Below are positions 20,436 to 29,330 of a DNA stretch of 64,000 nt, piece by piece. The stretch comes from a virus (Duplodnaviria > Heunggongvirae > Uroviricota > Caudoviricetes). The notes under the pieces were generated by a model that was not told where the DNA came from, made no database searches, and saw only the letters and a list, made by a program, of their open reading frames with translations. The DNA lies in the IMG/VR virus record IMGVR_UViG_3300046523_000117. The stretch is one strand, 5' to 3'. Positions within the stretch are counted from its first letter, which is position 1, and the number at the start of each line of letters is the position of its first letter. Position numbers and translations under genes: made by a program.

Positions 20436-20614
20436 TGGAAACATTTCTGGAGTATATCGGTGGGCAGACGCCTCCCGGTATGGACCAATGGGTTGCTTCA
20501 AATAAACAAGCGTTCGTAGATCAGCATGGTGATGAACACCAAGCCTTTCTATTGAGTGCCGCGTGGTCTTTGTACAAGAAGATTTATCGCGACCCAGAAG
20601 TCAATTCGCAATAA
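20432..20614 (+). CDS. Small hypothetical protein at uvsW.1 position
   Basis: Overlaps uvsW stop; ends at terminator. Confidence 0.5.
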   Translation: MMETFLEYIGGQTPPGMDQWVASNKQAFVDQHGDEHQAFLLSAAWSLYKKIYRDPEVNSQ

Positions 20615-20617
20615 AAC

Positions 20618-20644
20618 AAAAAGGGAGCCACTGGCTCCCTTTTT
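20618..20644. terminator. Bidirectional terminator
   Basis: AAAAAGGGAGCCA-C-TGGCTCCCTTTTT. Confidence 0.85.
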
Positions 20645-20645
20645 A

Positions 20646-20924
20646 TTAACTGATTGTTTTAGCCGCAAAATACTGCGACAGCTTCCGTTGTAATGGGGTC
20701 CGGTCGTCGTCCGGCATCCACATATTAGGTTCTGGTTCCGGCTCAGGGTTTGATGCAACCCAGTCTTCCCACTGTTCTTTGGTAACGCCCTTGCCTGTAA
20801 CCATCCCAGACACGTTGGAGCATCCCATACAGCCGCATGGACCACCGCCACACCAGCGATACCGCCACGACTCAGGCACTTCCATCATAATTTGATGAAC
20901 TTGATCCTTATCCATCACAGGCAC
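20646..20924 (-). CDS. Hypothetical Cys-cluster protein
   Basis: WCGGGPCGCMGCSN. Confidence 0.55.
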   Translation of the reverse strand: MPVMDKDQVHQIMMEVPESWRYRWCGGGPCGCMGCSNVSGMVTGKGVTKEQWEDWVASNPEPEPEPNMWMPDDDRTPLQRKLSQYFAAKTIS

Positions 20925-21127
20925 ACCTTGCAGATAGGCAATTGATATGGATCAGCCGTTGCCGGGGTTACAGTGCCACACTCGGCACAGTATTTGTGTT
21001 TTGGGTATCTCAGGAAATAGTATTTGGTTCTGAGAATACAAACCCAAACACCATGTCCATCACAAATACCACAATCGGCATTGCGGTTTTTAGCAAACCG
21101 CCACCACTTCCAGTCAAACGAATTCAT
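20915..21127 (-). CDS. Hypothetical zinc-ribbon-like protein
   Basis: CGIC, CAEC, CKVC pairs. Confidence 0.45.
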   Translation of the reverse strand: MNSFDWKWWRFAKNRNADCGICDGHGVWVCILRTKYYFLRYPKHKYCAECGTVTPATADPYQLPICKVCL

Positions 21128-22172
21128 TACGAAACGCCTTTAAGATCATTTGATTGATTTCACCCTGATCGGCATTGATTATGACCCAATCAAAGTGTTC
21201 CTGATTTTCTGGTAGATAGAAACTGTTCTTGAATTCTGTTATGAATCCACCCAATTCCTTACCTTCCAGCCCGGTTAGATCGCGAACGATTTCACCATTG
21301 AATTTGGACTTTACCAGTTTCTTACGTTGCAGTCTAGCCAACGCATCAATATATTCTAGTTTCGCGTCTGGGAAAGATCCCCAAATGATCGGATGCCACC
21401 ACGATTTGTCTTTCGGGAACTCAAATTGTTTGTCAACTTCCGGGTGTACCTTCAACCAATCCAGAAATGCGGTATAGGTCGGACGCTTTTTGTCACGAAC
21501 CCTAGCGGTATGGTTCCGGTTGTCGAGGTCATAGATCGCGGAATTAAACAAAGGGGTATCAATCGTGAACCTGAATATGTCTTCCATTGTATCAAATCCA
21601 CGCTGGTACTTGGTATCGCTGTACCCTAGGAACTCGATAGCGGTCTTGAAATCTCTGGTTAGGATGATTGTATCAAATAGATTATCACCATCCCGTAACG
21701 GCATCGTCAGGCCGTCATGACCGAACCGTAGACCCAGTTTATGGGCGATTCGTCCAATCAGGTTGCCAAGGTCGTTCCAAGAGTAGTATTCTACCGCGAA
21801 ATCAAAATGGTCTTCCGGTGTATAGATCAGATCCGCCTGAAACACACCACCAGATTCAAGCGGTAGACCGAAACTGGTCACCGGGCCATTTGGTTTGAAT
21901 GGAATCGATGGTAGTTTGGAATGAAAATTATATGCCAAAAGCATTGACAAATCTTTGTCGGATACCTTACGATGAAGCTCTCTAGGAACAACCACGTCGA
22001 TATCACCGAAACTTGGTTTGTTTCGATACGCACGGATGACCTTTGCTTCCCCTTCAACACCGAAATGTTCTAGGAATCGATTCAGAACAAGGGATAGGTG
22101 TGACGCAATTGCATCATATTCATCCCGGTCTAATCGCTTAGCCCCGTATTCCTTTAGTGCATTGCCGCCCAT
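21114..22172 (-). CDS. Pol-beta/PolX-like nucleotidyltransferase
   Basis: SFGDIDVVV (DxD), FQADLI third Asp, then YYSWNDLGNLIGRIAHKLGLRFGHDGL resembling the PolX thumb. Confidence 0.65.
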   Translation of the reverse strand: MGGNALKEYGAKRLDRDEYDAIASHLSLVLNRFLEHFGVEGEAKVIRAYRNKPSFGDIDVVVPRELHRKVSDKDLSMLLAYNFHSKLPSIPFKPNGPVTSFGLPLESGGVFQADLIYTPEDHFDFAVEYYSWNDLGNLIGRIAHKLGLRFGHDGLTMPLRDGDNLFDTIILTRDFKTAIEFLGYSDTKYQRGFDTMEDIFRFTIDTPLFNSAIYDLDNRNHTARVRDKKRPTYTAFLDWLKVHPEVDKQFEFPKDKSWWHPIIWGSFPDAKLEYIDALARLQRKKLVKSKFNGEIVRDLTGLEGKELGGFITEFKNSFYLPENQEHFDWVIINADQGEINQMILKAFRNEFV

Positions 22173-22174
22173 TA

Positions 22175-22603
22175 TTAATCACCGTTCTGGAATTTCATGA
22201 TATCGATCATGTTCTTGATCGCGAATCCACGATCCTTGAATAAATCACACGCCTTGGTATAGAATTCAACTTTGAGTTGAATCATCATATTACCCATCTG
22301 TTTCTCAATGACTAGTTTGTCACCTTCAACGTTCTTGGTAATACCGCCTGCACTCAGGTTGTAGCTATACACAGGTCCGTCGTGGGAGCCCGCGTAGTGG
22401 TTGTATCGTTCCTTGACCAACGCCAATAGTTCTAGGTCAGCCATTTTGGACTTTGCACGCCACCCAGCCAGCTTGTGGTAATAGGTCGCGTGCTTCGTGA
22501 TATTACTGGCAGCCTCAGACATCAAATGGCTAGGATCAATAATCAGATCCTTATCCAATTGTGCCTGTAGGTCTGTTAACTTTTCCGGTTGTTCGTTACT
22601 CAC
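22175..22603 (-). CDS. uvsY: Recombination mediator UvsY
   Basis: LQAQLDKDLIIDPSHL..EA..HYAG..KDRGFAIKNMIDIMKFQNG. Confidence 0.9.
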   Translation of the reverse strand: MSNEQPEKLTDLQAQLDKDLIIDPSHLMSEAASNITKHATYYHKLAGWRAKSKMADLELLALVKERYNHYAGSHDGPVYSYNLSAGGITKNVEGDKLVIEKQMGNMMIQLKVEFYTKACDLFKDRGFAIKNMIDIMKFQNGD

Positions 22604-22728
22604 ACATCCCTCCACGCCTTCCGGTGTTTCCGTTTGCCGCTTCGCTCGGCCTTTTTGCGGTCAACCATTGTCACGGGACGGTTGAAGTCCTCCATGAAAT
22701 TGGCGACCGGATTTCTGATACGTTTCAT
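22600..22728 (-). CDS. Small basic protein (42 aa) missed by ORF track
   Basis: MKRIRNPVANFMEDFNRPVTMVDRKKAERSGKRKHRKAWRDV; start and stop overlap both neighbours. Confidence 0.6.
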   Translation of the reverse strand: MKRIRNPVANFMEDFNRPVTMVDRKKAERSGKRKHRKAWRDV

Positions 22729-22910
22729 TAGTAAGCCTCTTGTGTTTTGAATGCGAATGATTCATCCCGCATCAACCGTACCTTACGCTTGTACACCTTG
22801 AGCTTTGCAGCTACCCGGCGATCATGCTTGGTTTTATTGGTTGGGAATCTCCCAATGTGATGCACTGGGATTACTACCAGATTGCCACGGCGGATGCGGA
22901 ACTTCATCAT
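22728..22910 (-). CDS. Small basic hypothetical protein
   Basis: Fills gap in packed operon. Confidence 0.45.
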   Translation of the reverse strand: MMKFRIRRGNLVVIPVHHIGRFPTNKTKHDRRVAAKLKVYKRKVRLMRDESFAFKTQEAY

Positions 22911-22916
22911 AATAAA

Positions 22917-23507
22917 TTACCTTGTCGGAACGAGTTGTTGGATCAAATTCGACACTTCTGCCCAGTCATGAGCGATAAATGATGGAATCTGATTCATTCT
23001 AGAATCACGGACCAGTCTAATGCATTGGTGCCCAGCCAGCAATCCCTCTTTCACATACCCCGGCGAATCATCGATCCAGACAGTGGGCTTGTATTTAGCA
23101 AGGATTTCCAGCTTGTTTCCATCTAATCCAACACAGTGCAATTTGGAGAAAGCACCGGGGAACCAAAACTCAAGGTTCTCCATTCTGTATTGAATGGTTT
23201 CAGGCGAATTCGAGATAGCCGTAACCGCCACGAAATCGTAAACGTTTTTCAGGTGGTTGACCGCGATCAGAGCGTCCTTGTAAGGCGTCAGGTACTTCAT
23301 AAACTTCGAACGGCTGTACTCGTCAACCAATTCGGCAGCTTCCGGCGTAGGGAGCCCTGTGAGGTCTTCAATCGTCTGCCAGTGGCTATGGGCGTACATC
23401 ATGATCGCCTTTTCACGCGGCATACCTTTTCGTTCCAGAAAGTATGGGAACCGGCTAAACCAGTCCACCAATACTCCATCAACGTCAACTAAAATTGTTG
23501 GTTTCAA
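22917..23507 (-). CDS. HAD-family 5'(3')-deoxyribonucleotidase-like phosphatase (T4 30.2-like)
   Basis: ILVDVDGVLVDW motif I; VWIDDSP motif IV. Confidence 0.8.
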   Translation of the reverse strand: MKPTILVDVDGVLVDWFSRFPYFLERKGMPREKAIMMYAHSHWQTIEDLTGLPTPEAAELVDEYSRSKFMKYLTPYKDALIAVNHLKNVYDFVAVTAISNSPETIQYRMENLEFWFPGAFSKLHCVGLDGNKLEILAKYKPTVWIDDSPGYVKEGLLAGHQCIRLVRDSRMNQIPSFIAHDWAEVSNLIQQLVPTR

Positions 23508-23917
23508 TGCTGATTCCTGTCAATTGATTCAATCCACGATGTAGCTACAGCGGAAATTTGAACTAATTCCATCCGCAACTTAGCATGATCACCCTTCTCG
23601 GCTTCCTCGGCGGCTTCGAATACTTCTTCCATCAAAATATCCAGCCATGACACAGTGCCGCCATCTGCCTTTTGGTCGCAATATGCCTTAGCCTTGGCAG
23701 CCCACCAATCATACTTGGTCATAACGCCGTCTGGGGTATAGCTCACATGGTTTTGAATACCCCATTTAGCAACCTGACGGCGCATTTCGGCTTGGACTTC
23801 ATCAACTGAATAGCCAATCTCAATTGGTTTTGATTCTATAGAACCCGGTGCGTATTTCTCACGGAATTCTTCGATTGGTAGAGCAACACGCTCTACCAGT
23901 TCTCTCAATACGCTCAT
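23504..23917 (-). CDS. MazG-like NTP pyrophosphohydrolase
   Basis: ILMEEVFEAAEE...ELVQISAVA all-alpha NTP-PPase pattern. Confidence 0.7.
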   Translation of the reverse strand: MSVLRELVERVALPIEEFREKYAPGSIESKPIEIGYSVDEVQAEMRRQVAKWGIQNHVSYTPDGVMTKYDWWAAKAKAYCDQKADGGTVSWLDILMEEVFEAAEEAEKGDHAKLRMELVQISAVATSWIESIDRNQH

Positions 23918-24177
23918 TCAGTTTTGAATTCCATCAATTTTTGGTATTCGTTATCGTCGCGATACATGATTTGATTACCATCGGCAAATTCGAAAATGTG
24001 AATCGCGGTGACAGGTTCAAAGTCTGGGGTATCTGCCAAGACCCGGAACCATACTTTGGACGAAACCACGTTATGATGGGTGACATTATGCACACCACCA
24101 TTAGGGAGTCGGAACCGCAACTGTGCGGTATGGGTTTTTACGGGGTTCTTCCCGAATAATTTTGTCCAGATACTCAT
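23914..24177 (-). CDS. Hypothetical protein
   Basis: ATGA-overlapped ORF in operon. Confidence 0.55.
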   Translation of the reverse strand: MSIWTKLFGKNPVKTHTAQLRFRLPNGGVHNVTHHNVVSSKVWFRVLADTPDFEPVTAIHIFEFADGNQIMYRDDNEYQKLMEFKTE

Positions 24178-25580
24178 AAACTAACTTCCGCCTTTTTCGC
24201 TTGGAGTTCTTCCAAGGTGTTTGCAACAGTTTTATCATCACGAATTTTTACGAATTGTGGTAGGAACAAACTGGAAACATCCGAACCACGACTCTTTACA
24301 ATCCCGTTATATTCAATTTCAACAATCATCCCATCCGCGACGATCTTGTCTTGATTCAGCCAGAACCATTCACGCTCTGCATCGGACATACCAGATGCAT
24401 CAACTTCAACCAAACGGCATTGAGTCGTACAGGTCAGAGTACCGGCGATTTCCGCGTATTTCTTACCGTCTTTACCAGCTTTCACACCAATAACCAGAAG
24501 GTCAGCGGTCATAACTTGTTTGAACTTAACCTGATCTTTCGAACGGGTATTAGTCCACAAGCCTTTCAAGTTTTTGAGGATGATACCCTCAAGATCCAAT
24601 GCGATATATTTCGAATAGATCGCTGTAGCTTCGGCCAAGTTATTGACGATATGGGTTTCAATAACCGACGTGAACACGGTATGTTTCAGTTCATTCAACT
24701 GAGCCAGTCGGGTTTGATAGTCGTTTGCAGATTTACCCGCTTGCCACTGATCGTATGGAATCAAATCCCATAGTACAAAGTGCAGTCCGGCTTCTTCGGC
24801 GGTGGAAATCGTACCCTTAACAGCTTTGTTATAGATCCCGTTACCGGTCGAACGATCCGCAATAGCTGGTTCGTCCTTGGTTTCCAGAACATCGTCAAAC
24901 GGTGAAGCTTCTTTTGCCGGTAGCTTGTAGATGATTTCACCATCAAGCACAACCTTACCAGTCCAATCAGTTCCATCAAATGTGGCAATGATTGCATCAA
25001 TCGAAACTTGGGAAAGCTCAAGAGGCTTACCGTTTCGAGTCCAGAAGCTGGCAGTACGGGTATCAAGGTCCACAATCGCTTGTGTACGGCTACCATCGGC
25101 TTTGAGTTGGGCTATGGCTGGGTATTTGATCTTAGCCAGAGCTTTGTCGCTATAGGCAGTCGCCAACATCACGTTGAACGATGGGACCAAACCGGGCCAG
25201 ACTTTTTCCGCCGAACCTTCGGACGCACCCATTCGCAGGTCACGACCCAGAACCCGGCGTATTACTTCGGCATCGCGTTCGGAAACGCTTTCCAGAATGG
25301 TTTTAACAAATGCGATTGCCGCATGTCCGGTGCGGACACGGTTCGACAAATCTTTCAATAGAAACATGCCATCACTCAGGGTCATATTCCCGGTGTGTTC
25401 TGTAACTACTGGCAGCTTTTTGATGTAAAACGAAATCAAACCATTGAGTGCCAAATGGATGGCCCGTTTCAGGTCTTCGTTGTCTTTGTTTGCTTCGAGA
25501 ATTGCGACTTTATCATTCTTGCCGGGAACATTCGCAACGGCTTCAATGATACTCAGGACATCAGGATATTTGTTTGTCAT
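24174..25580 (-). CDS. gp30: ATP-dependent DNA ligase gp30
   Basis: AQLKADGSR (KxDG), LDGEI, EGIILK, KFKQ, SLFLPQFVKIRDDK. Confidence 0.97.
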   Translation of the reverse strand: MTNKYPDVLSIIEAVANVPGKNDKVAILEANKDNEDLKRAIHLALNGLISFYIKKLPVVTEHTGNMTLSDGMFLLKDLSNRVRTGHAAIAFVKTILESVSERDAEVIRRVLGRDLRMGASEGSAEKVWPGLVPSFNVMLATAYSDKALAKIKYPAIAQLKADGSRTQAIVDLDTRTASFWTRNGKPLELSQVSIDAIIATFDGTDWTGKVVLDGEIIYKLPAKEASPFDDVLETKDEPAIADRSTGNGIYNKAVKGTISTAEEAGLHFVLWDLIPYDQWQAGKSANDYQTRLAQLNELKHTVFTSVIETHIVNNLAEATAIYSKYIALDLEGIILKNLKGLWTNTRSKDQVKFKQVMTADLLVIGVKAGKDGKKYAEIAGTLTCTTQCRLVEVDASGMSDAEREWFWLNQDKIVADGMIVEIEYNGIVKSRGSDVSSLFLPQFVKIRDDKTVANTLEELQAKKAEVSL

Positions 25581-25605
25581 TCAGACCTCTGTGTGATATG
25601 GGGCT

Positions 25606-25638
25606 ATCTTACCACTGTTTTGGGTCATTCTAAACAGA
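25606..25638 (-). promoter_or_regulatory. GTTTAGA-class promoter for ligase operon
   Basis: TCTGTTTAGA-17-TAAGAT with TG extension. Confidence 0.65.
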
Positions 25639-25646
25639 TTAAAAAC

Positions 25647-25671
25647 AAAAAACCCCGCCGAAGCAGGGTTT
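25647..25671 (-). terminator. Terminator after phoH
   Basis: AAACCCTGC-TTCG-GCGGGGTTTTTT on - strand. Confidence 0.8.
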
Positions 25672-25677
25672 GATGGA

Positions 25678-26514
25678 TTAACGTTGTGTGTTATAGGCGT
25701 GTACAACAGTGTACGCCAGTTCGGAACGGGTCTTGGAGTCTTCCAGCGGGAAGTCAAACCAATCTACGGTTGGGTAGAATGGAACACCGTCTGTGGCAAT
25801 GAACTTGGAACGTGCATTGGACAGGCCGTTACGGGTTGTATCGGTTACATACAGTTGGGTTGGGTCACCAGCTACAACGATTTTGGTATTTTTACCAGCA
25901 CGTTCCAGCAACAGTTTCATGATCATTGGTTGAATTTGCTGTGCTTCATCAATCAGAACCAGAGCGTTATCCCATGTACTGCCAAGGCAATAGTTCGGGA
26001 TTTTGAAATGGATTCGATCATCCATGTCAGATTCAACTTTACCTTTCCCAAGCAACAGATTCAGAGCGTCTTTAGCTGATGCAAAGTGAGGTTCGATCTT
26101 GTCACTCAATGCGTTCGGTAGGAATCCGATTTTATCGGAACCAGCCTCGACAGGGGTTCGAATGACAATGATTTGTTTTGTGCTGTCAGCAAGATATTGG
26201 GTAACGAATTCCGCTAGAATCCCCATAGTCTTACCGGCACCCGCAGCACCTTGGACAAATATCAAATCTCGGGACTTGATTAGATTGCCTACGGTCTTTT
26301 GGGATTTGGTCAAATCGAGTTTTACACCGACCATTACAGCAGGGGTTGGCTTAGAGCCTTTACCTTTACCGCGTGGTTTTGGATTCAGGCTTTGGTTTGG
26401 ATCAATTCCATCACCTAGTCCCTTATTGAACGCATCGATTGTCGATTTCGCGTCTCGACGTTCGGCTCTGGTTGGTCGCTTGTTACGATTTTGTTGATTG
26501 CCCATTCTACACAC
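25678..26514 (-). CDS. phoH: PhoH-like ATPase
   Basis: GAAGAGKT, IGFLP, LIDEAQ, VVAGDPTQ. Confidence 0.93.
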   Translation of the reverse strand: MCRMGNQQNRNKRPTRAERRDAKSTIDAFNKGLGDGIDPNQSLNPKPRGKGKGSKPTPAVMVGVKLDLTKSQKTVGNLIKSRDLIFVQGAAGAGKTMGILAEFVTQYLADSTKQIIVIRTPVEAGSDKIGFLPNALSDKIEPHFASAKDALNLLLGKGKVESDMDDRIHFKIPNYCLGSTWDNALVLIDEAQQIQPMIMKLLLERAGKNTKIVVAGDPTQLYVTDTTRNGLSNARSKFIATDGVPFYPTVDWFDFPLEDSKTRSELAYTVVHAYNTQR

Positions 26515-26518
26515 TGCC

Positions 26519-26983
26519 TTATTTTGTGAAGGTTTTCAGATACTTCTGATAGAGCTTCGTCAGGTCATTTTTTGTTGCCTTTTCATCAAAAGCAACGCCC
26601 AAAGACTTCAACCGTAATTCCTGTTCGGGTTTGGTCAAAGCCTTGAATTTTTTAGTTTGATCTAATACGTGTTGAGGGTGTATCGGGTTATGACTTGAAT
26701 CTTTTTGCAGGTAGACAGATAGCGAAGCAAGCCATTCAAAGTAAATTGATGGATCGCCGCCCATGCGTCTATAAACAGATTTCAATTTCCCTTCGGTGCG
26801 ATTGCAACTCGAATGCAACGCCCCTCGGACGTGGCCTGTCTCATGATCATGATCAAGGTGTATCTTGGATGTATCAGACGGCAACGGGTGCCCACACAGC
26901 CTACAGAGCCCTTTCTGATCGATAATCAATTGGGCTTTGTACTTCTTTGCGGTAGTCGGGGTCAGTTGTTTTGGGAAGCTCAT
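26519..26983 (-). CDS. gp49: Recombination endonuclease VII
   Basis: QKGLCRLC..HLDHDH..GHVRGALHSSCN; C-terminal TKNDL helix. Confidence 0.9.
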   Translation of the reverse strand: MSFPKQLTPTTAKKYKAQLIIDQKGLCRLCGHPLPSDTSKIHLDHDHETGHVRGALHSSCNRTEGKLKSVYRRMGGDPSIYFEWLASLSVYLQKDSSHNPIHPQHVLDQTKKFKALTKPEQELRLKSLGVAFDEKATKNDLTKLYQKYLKTFTK

Positions 26984-27009
26984 AAAGTACCTTCATTGTA
27001 TAAAGGTAT

Positions 27010-27471
27010 TTATGGTCTGTAGTTCTTGGCAATGCAGGCTTGCCGGATTTGATGATAATACTCGGTTATCCATTCATAACCAGCGTGCGTAGCTTTGTCA
27101 CCATAGACATAGTAATGTGTCAGTGGCAACGGATTATCAATGATCTGAGTCAATCGTTCCGGGTTGGCTATCAGCTTTGCACGGATAGCAGTTTTGATGC
27201 ATTGTTCGAAGTTCGGGTGTTCGATGATCGCGTATTTCTTACCCCACGCCTTGGCTCGAAATCCATGCAGATTCCGTAGCTTGTCGTATTGCATCCCGGT
27301 AGACAGCCAGTACCAATACCCTTCGATTGAATCAAATGATCCGTGCGTAGGATGGGTAAACGGGCTGTACGCGAAATTGGACAACCATCGGCCTAGATCG
27401 GTAGCACCTTTGCTATAAACGTTGATATGCGTCTGGCCGTCTTCCCACGGCTTCCAAATGGATTTCTTCAT
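27010..27471 (-). CDS. NADAR-like protein (T4 gp30.3-like)
   Basis: LSNFAYSPF...G.FDSIEGYW motif; near ligase like T4 30.3. Confidence 0.6.
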   Translation of the reverse strand: MKKSIWKPWEDGQTHINVYSKGATDLGRWLSNFAYSPFTHPTHGSFDSIEGYWYWLSTGMQYDKLRNLHGFRAKAWGKKYAIIEHPNFEQCIKTAIRAKLIANPERLTQIIDNPLPLTHYYVYGDKATHAGYEWITEYYHQIRQACIAKNYRP

Positions 27472-27683
27472 ATGTAGTACGGGGAGACGGTGTATTCGTA
27501 GACCATTCGATTAAAATTGATGGCTTCCAACACGATACCTTTGGATTTCATCCAATCGATTTCATGTCTACCATAATCCACCCCGTCCGAATCCACGTAG
27601 GTCAGGGATCGATTGGAGAAATACAAAGTCTTGCCTTGTATTTCTCCCAATTTTGATCTGATCGGCTTAGGCAGCGCTATCAC
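27468..27683 (-). CDS. Hypothetical protein
   Basis: Packed ORF. Confidence 0.5.
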   Translation of the reverse strand: MIALPKPIRSKLGEIQGKTLYFSNRSLTYVDSDGVDYGRHEIDWMKSKGIVLEAINFNRMVYEYTVSPYYI

Positions 27684-27945
27684 GGGGCGGCTCTTGTGTC
27701 TCTTTCAACACAACCAGCAGATTTCCTTTTGATACAATCGCCGCCAACCGGTCTTGAGCGTCCAGTGGGTCAAGCATTTGGTTGTTCTGGTCAATCATGT
27801 TGACAGACAATGGATCAAATACTACAACCAAACCGAGGCTTGACAGGATATGCGCAATGGATTCAATCACGGCAGTTTTACCCACATTGGTTTTCCCGGC
27901 GACTGTGATACGAATTTCGTTTACTTTTGGGGCTTCTAAGGACAT
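27667..27945 (-). CDS. Hypothetical protein with isolated P-loop-like motif
   Basis: ITVAGKTNVGKT in a 92 aa ORF. Confidence 0.5.
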   Translation of the reverse strand: MSLEAPKVNEIRITVAGKTNVGKTAVIESIAHILSSLGLVVVFDPLSVNMIDQNNQMLDPLDAQDRLAAIVSKGNLLVVLKETQEPPRDSAA

Positions 27946-28148
27946 TACAACACCTTGATGATAAGAGGGATTTGGGCAGCATCTTTTAAACAGATATTCC
28001 CCTGTTTTGCCAGACGTACAGGATTACCACCAGCCTCAATACATTGATTATTGAAGCGCTTGATGTCATCGCTTTCCGACTTTACCGCTAAACCGGCAGC
28101 AACAACTATCAGTGTGATAAAAAGCACAAATGAAAATTCACCCATCAA
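27945..28148 (-). CDS. Small membrane protein
   Basis: N-terminal TM, C..AGG....C motif. Confidence 0.55.
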   Translation of the reverse strand: MMGEFSFVLFITLIVVAAGLAVKSESDDIKRFNNQCIEAGGNPVRLAKQGNICLKDAAQIPLIIKVL

Positions 28149-28570
28149 AAGATACCTTTGTACAGTGGCAAATGCCCGGTGATTTTATCAATATCACCAC
28201 GTTCGGCAGGACCGATGGCAATACAGGTCAGATTGTGTTCGCCGTTATACACGGTACGACCAGAATCAATGATTTTGGAACACGGTAAACCAGCTCTTTG
28301 AGCTTCGGCGTATAGGATTTCGATTTCCATTTCGTCTTTACATTCCAGAACAGCTTTCGGAAACGAAACTTTCATCCAATGTTCCATCGCCGGGGTTGGG
28401 CTGATCTTAAAATCTTGGGTCTGTTCACCCACTTCAACCCATCGTCCCTGATTCAACAGAACAGCGATAGAGGCGTGGGCAACTTGTGCAGCCAGCTTAC
28501 CCGGTGGCATTTTTAGATCCAGTCGAGCAACAATTACTTGCTTCGGATCAGTGAAACCATTTCTACTCAT
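28145..28570 (-). CDS. pth2: Peptidyl-tRNA hydrolase, Pth2 family
   Basis: KQVIVARLDLKMPPGKLAAQVAHAS..KAVL..IIDSGRT..TCIAIGP..IDKITGHLPL; start moved to ATG 28570 (AAAGGA RBS). Confidence 0.93.
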   Translation of the reverse strand: MSRNGFTDPKQVIVARLDLKMPPGKLAAQVAHASIAVLLNQGRWVEVGEQTQDFKISPTPAMEHWMKVSFPKAVLECKDEMEIEILYAEAQRAGLPCSKIIDSGRTVYNGEHNLTCIAIGPAERGDIDKITGHLPLYKGIF

Positions 28571-28588
28571 GACAATTCCTTTAGTTAC

Positions 28589-28614
28589 AAAAAAGGAGCC
28601 TTTCGGCTCCCTTT
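28589..28614 (-). terminator. Terminator
   Basis: GGAGCC-gaaa-GGCTCC + T-run on - strand. Confidence 0.8.
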
Positions 28615-28623
28615 GCAAATCAA

Positions 28624-29148
28624 TTACGCTGCTTTACGCGGCGCTTTCGATTTCTTGGCCGGTTCTGCTTGCTTAGCCATCGCACGGGCTTTCGCCGCGT
28701 CACGATCAGCCTTGGTCATCGATGGTTTCGGGAAGGTTTTACCCTTCTTGTCGTACATCGCTTCGTTGCGAACAGCACGGCTATGACGCAGAGCCTGTGC
28801 AACGCGGTGACCGAATGCCGAAATACGGCCATTCAGCAGGTTCAACGAACGAGACTGGAAATTCAGTTCGTCGCGACCGGCTTGCTTCTCGCGGATCATG
28901 ATTTCCGCCAGAGCAATTTTGTCGATTTCACTGATGAACGGGTTCAACCGTGCGCCAGTACGTTTTGGAGCAGTACGACCTTTGTGTTCACGGGCACCTT
29001 TTACCGCAGCTTTCCCCTGTGCATCGTTCGGATGCTTTTTCAGGTGGCGAGCAAGCTTTTTAGCTTTGTTCAGACCAGCCTTGATCAGTGCCTTGTAACT
29101 AGTGGCTTGGGATTTCTTGCTTGCGTGGTTACCCTTGAGCTTTGCCAT
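28624..29148 (-). CDS. Highly basic Lys/Ala-rich protein
   Basis: K/R/A-rich ends, RHLKKHPND motif; own promoter at 29196-29227 and own terminator. Confidence 0.7.
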   Translation of the reverse strand: MAKLKGNHASKKSQATSYKALIKAGLNKAKKLARHLKKHPNDAQGKAAVKGAREHKGRTAPKRTGARLNPFISEIDKIALAEIMIREKQAGRDELNFQSRSLNLLNGRISAFGHRVAQALRHSRAVRNEAMYDKKGKTFPKPSMTKADRDAAKARAMAKQAEPAKKSKAPRKAA

Positions 29149-29287
29149 TCTTTGTATTCCTATTCGTTTAAGGTCAGCTTTGTGCTGATGGGATCATTCT
29201 ATCACGATTTGATTCAGTTTCAAACACTTTCTCAAATCTTTTTGTTTCAATTCGTTTTTGCTTTGTCTTCACTGGGGAAGTGAGATC

Positions 29288-29320
29288 ACTATACCCCAGC
29301 TTTCATCGTTTCTAAACAGA
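29288..29320 (-). promoter_or_regulatory. GTTTAGA-class promoter
   Basis: TCTGTTTAGA-17-TATAGT. Confidence 0.55.
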
Positions 29321-29330
29321 ATTCGAAAAT

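Noticed and set aside
27667-27945. P-loop NTPase call
   Set aside because: Only a Walker A-like motif in 92 aa; no Walker B
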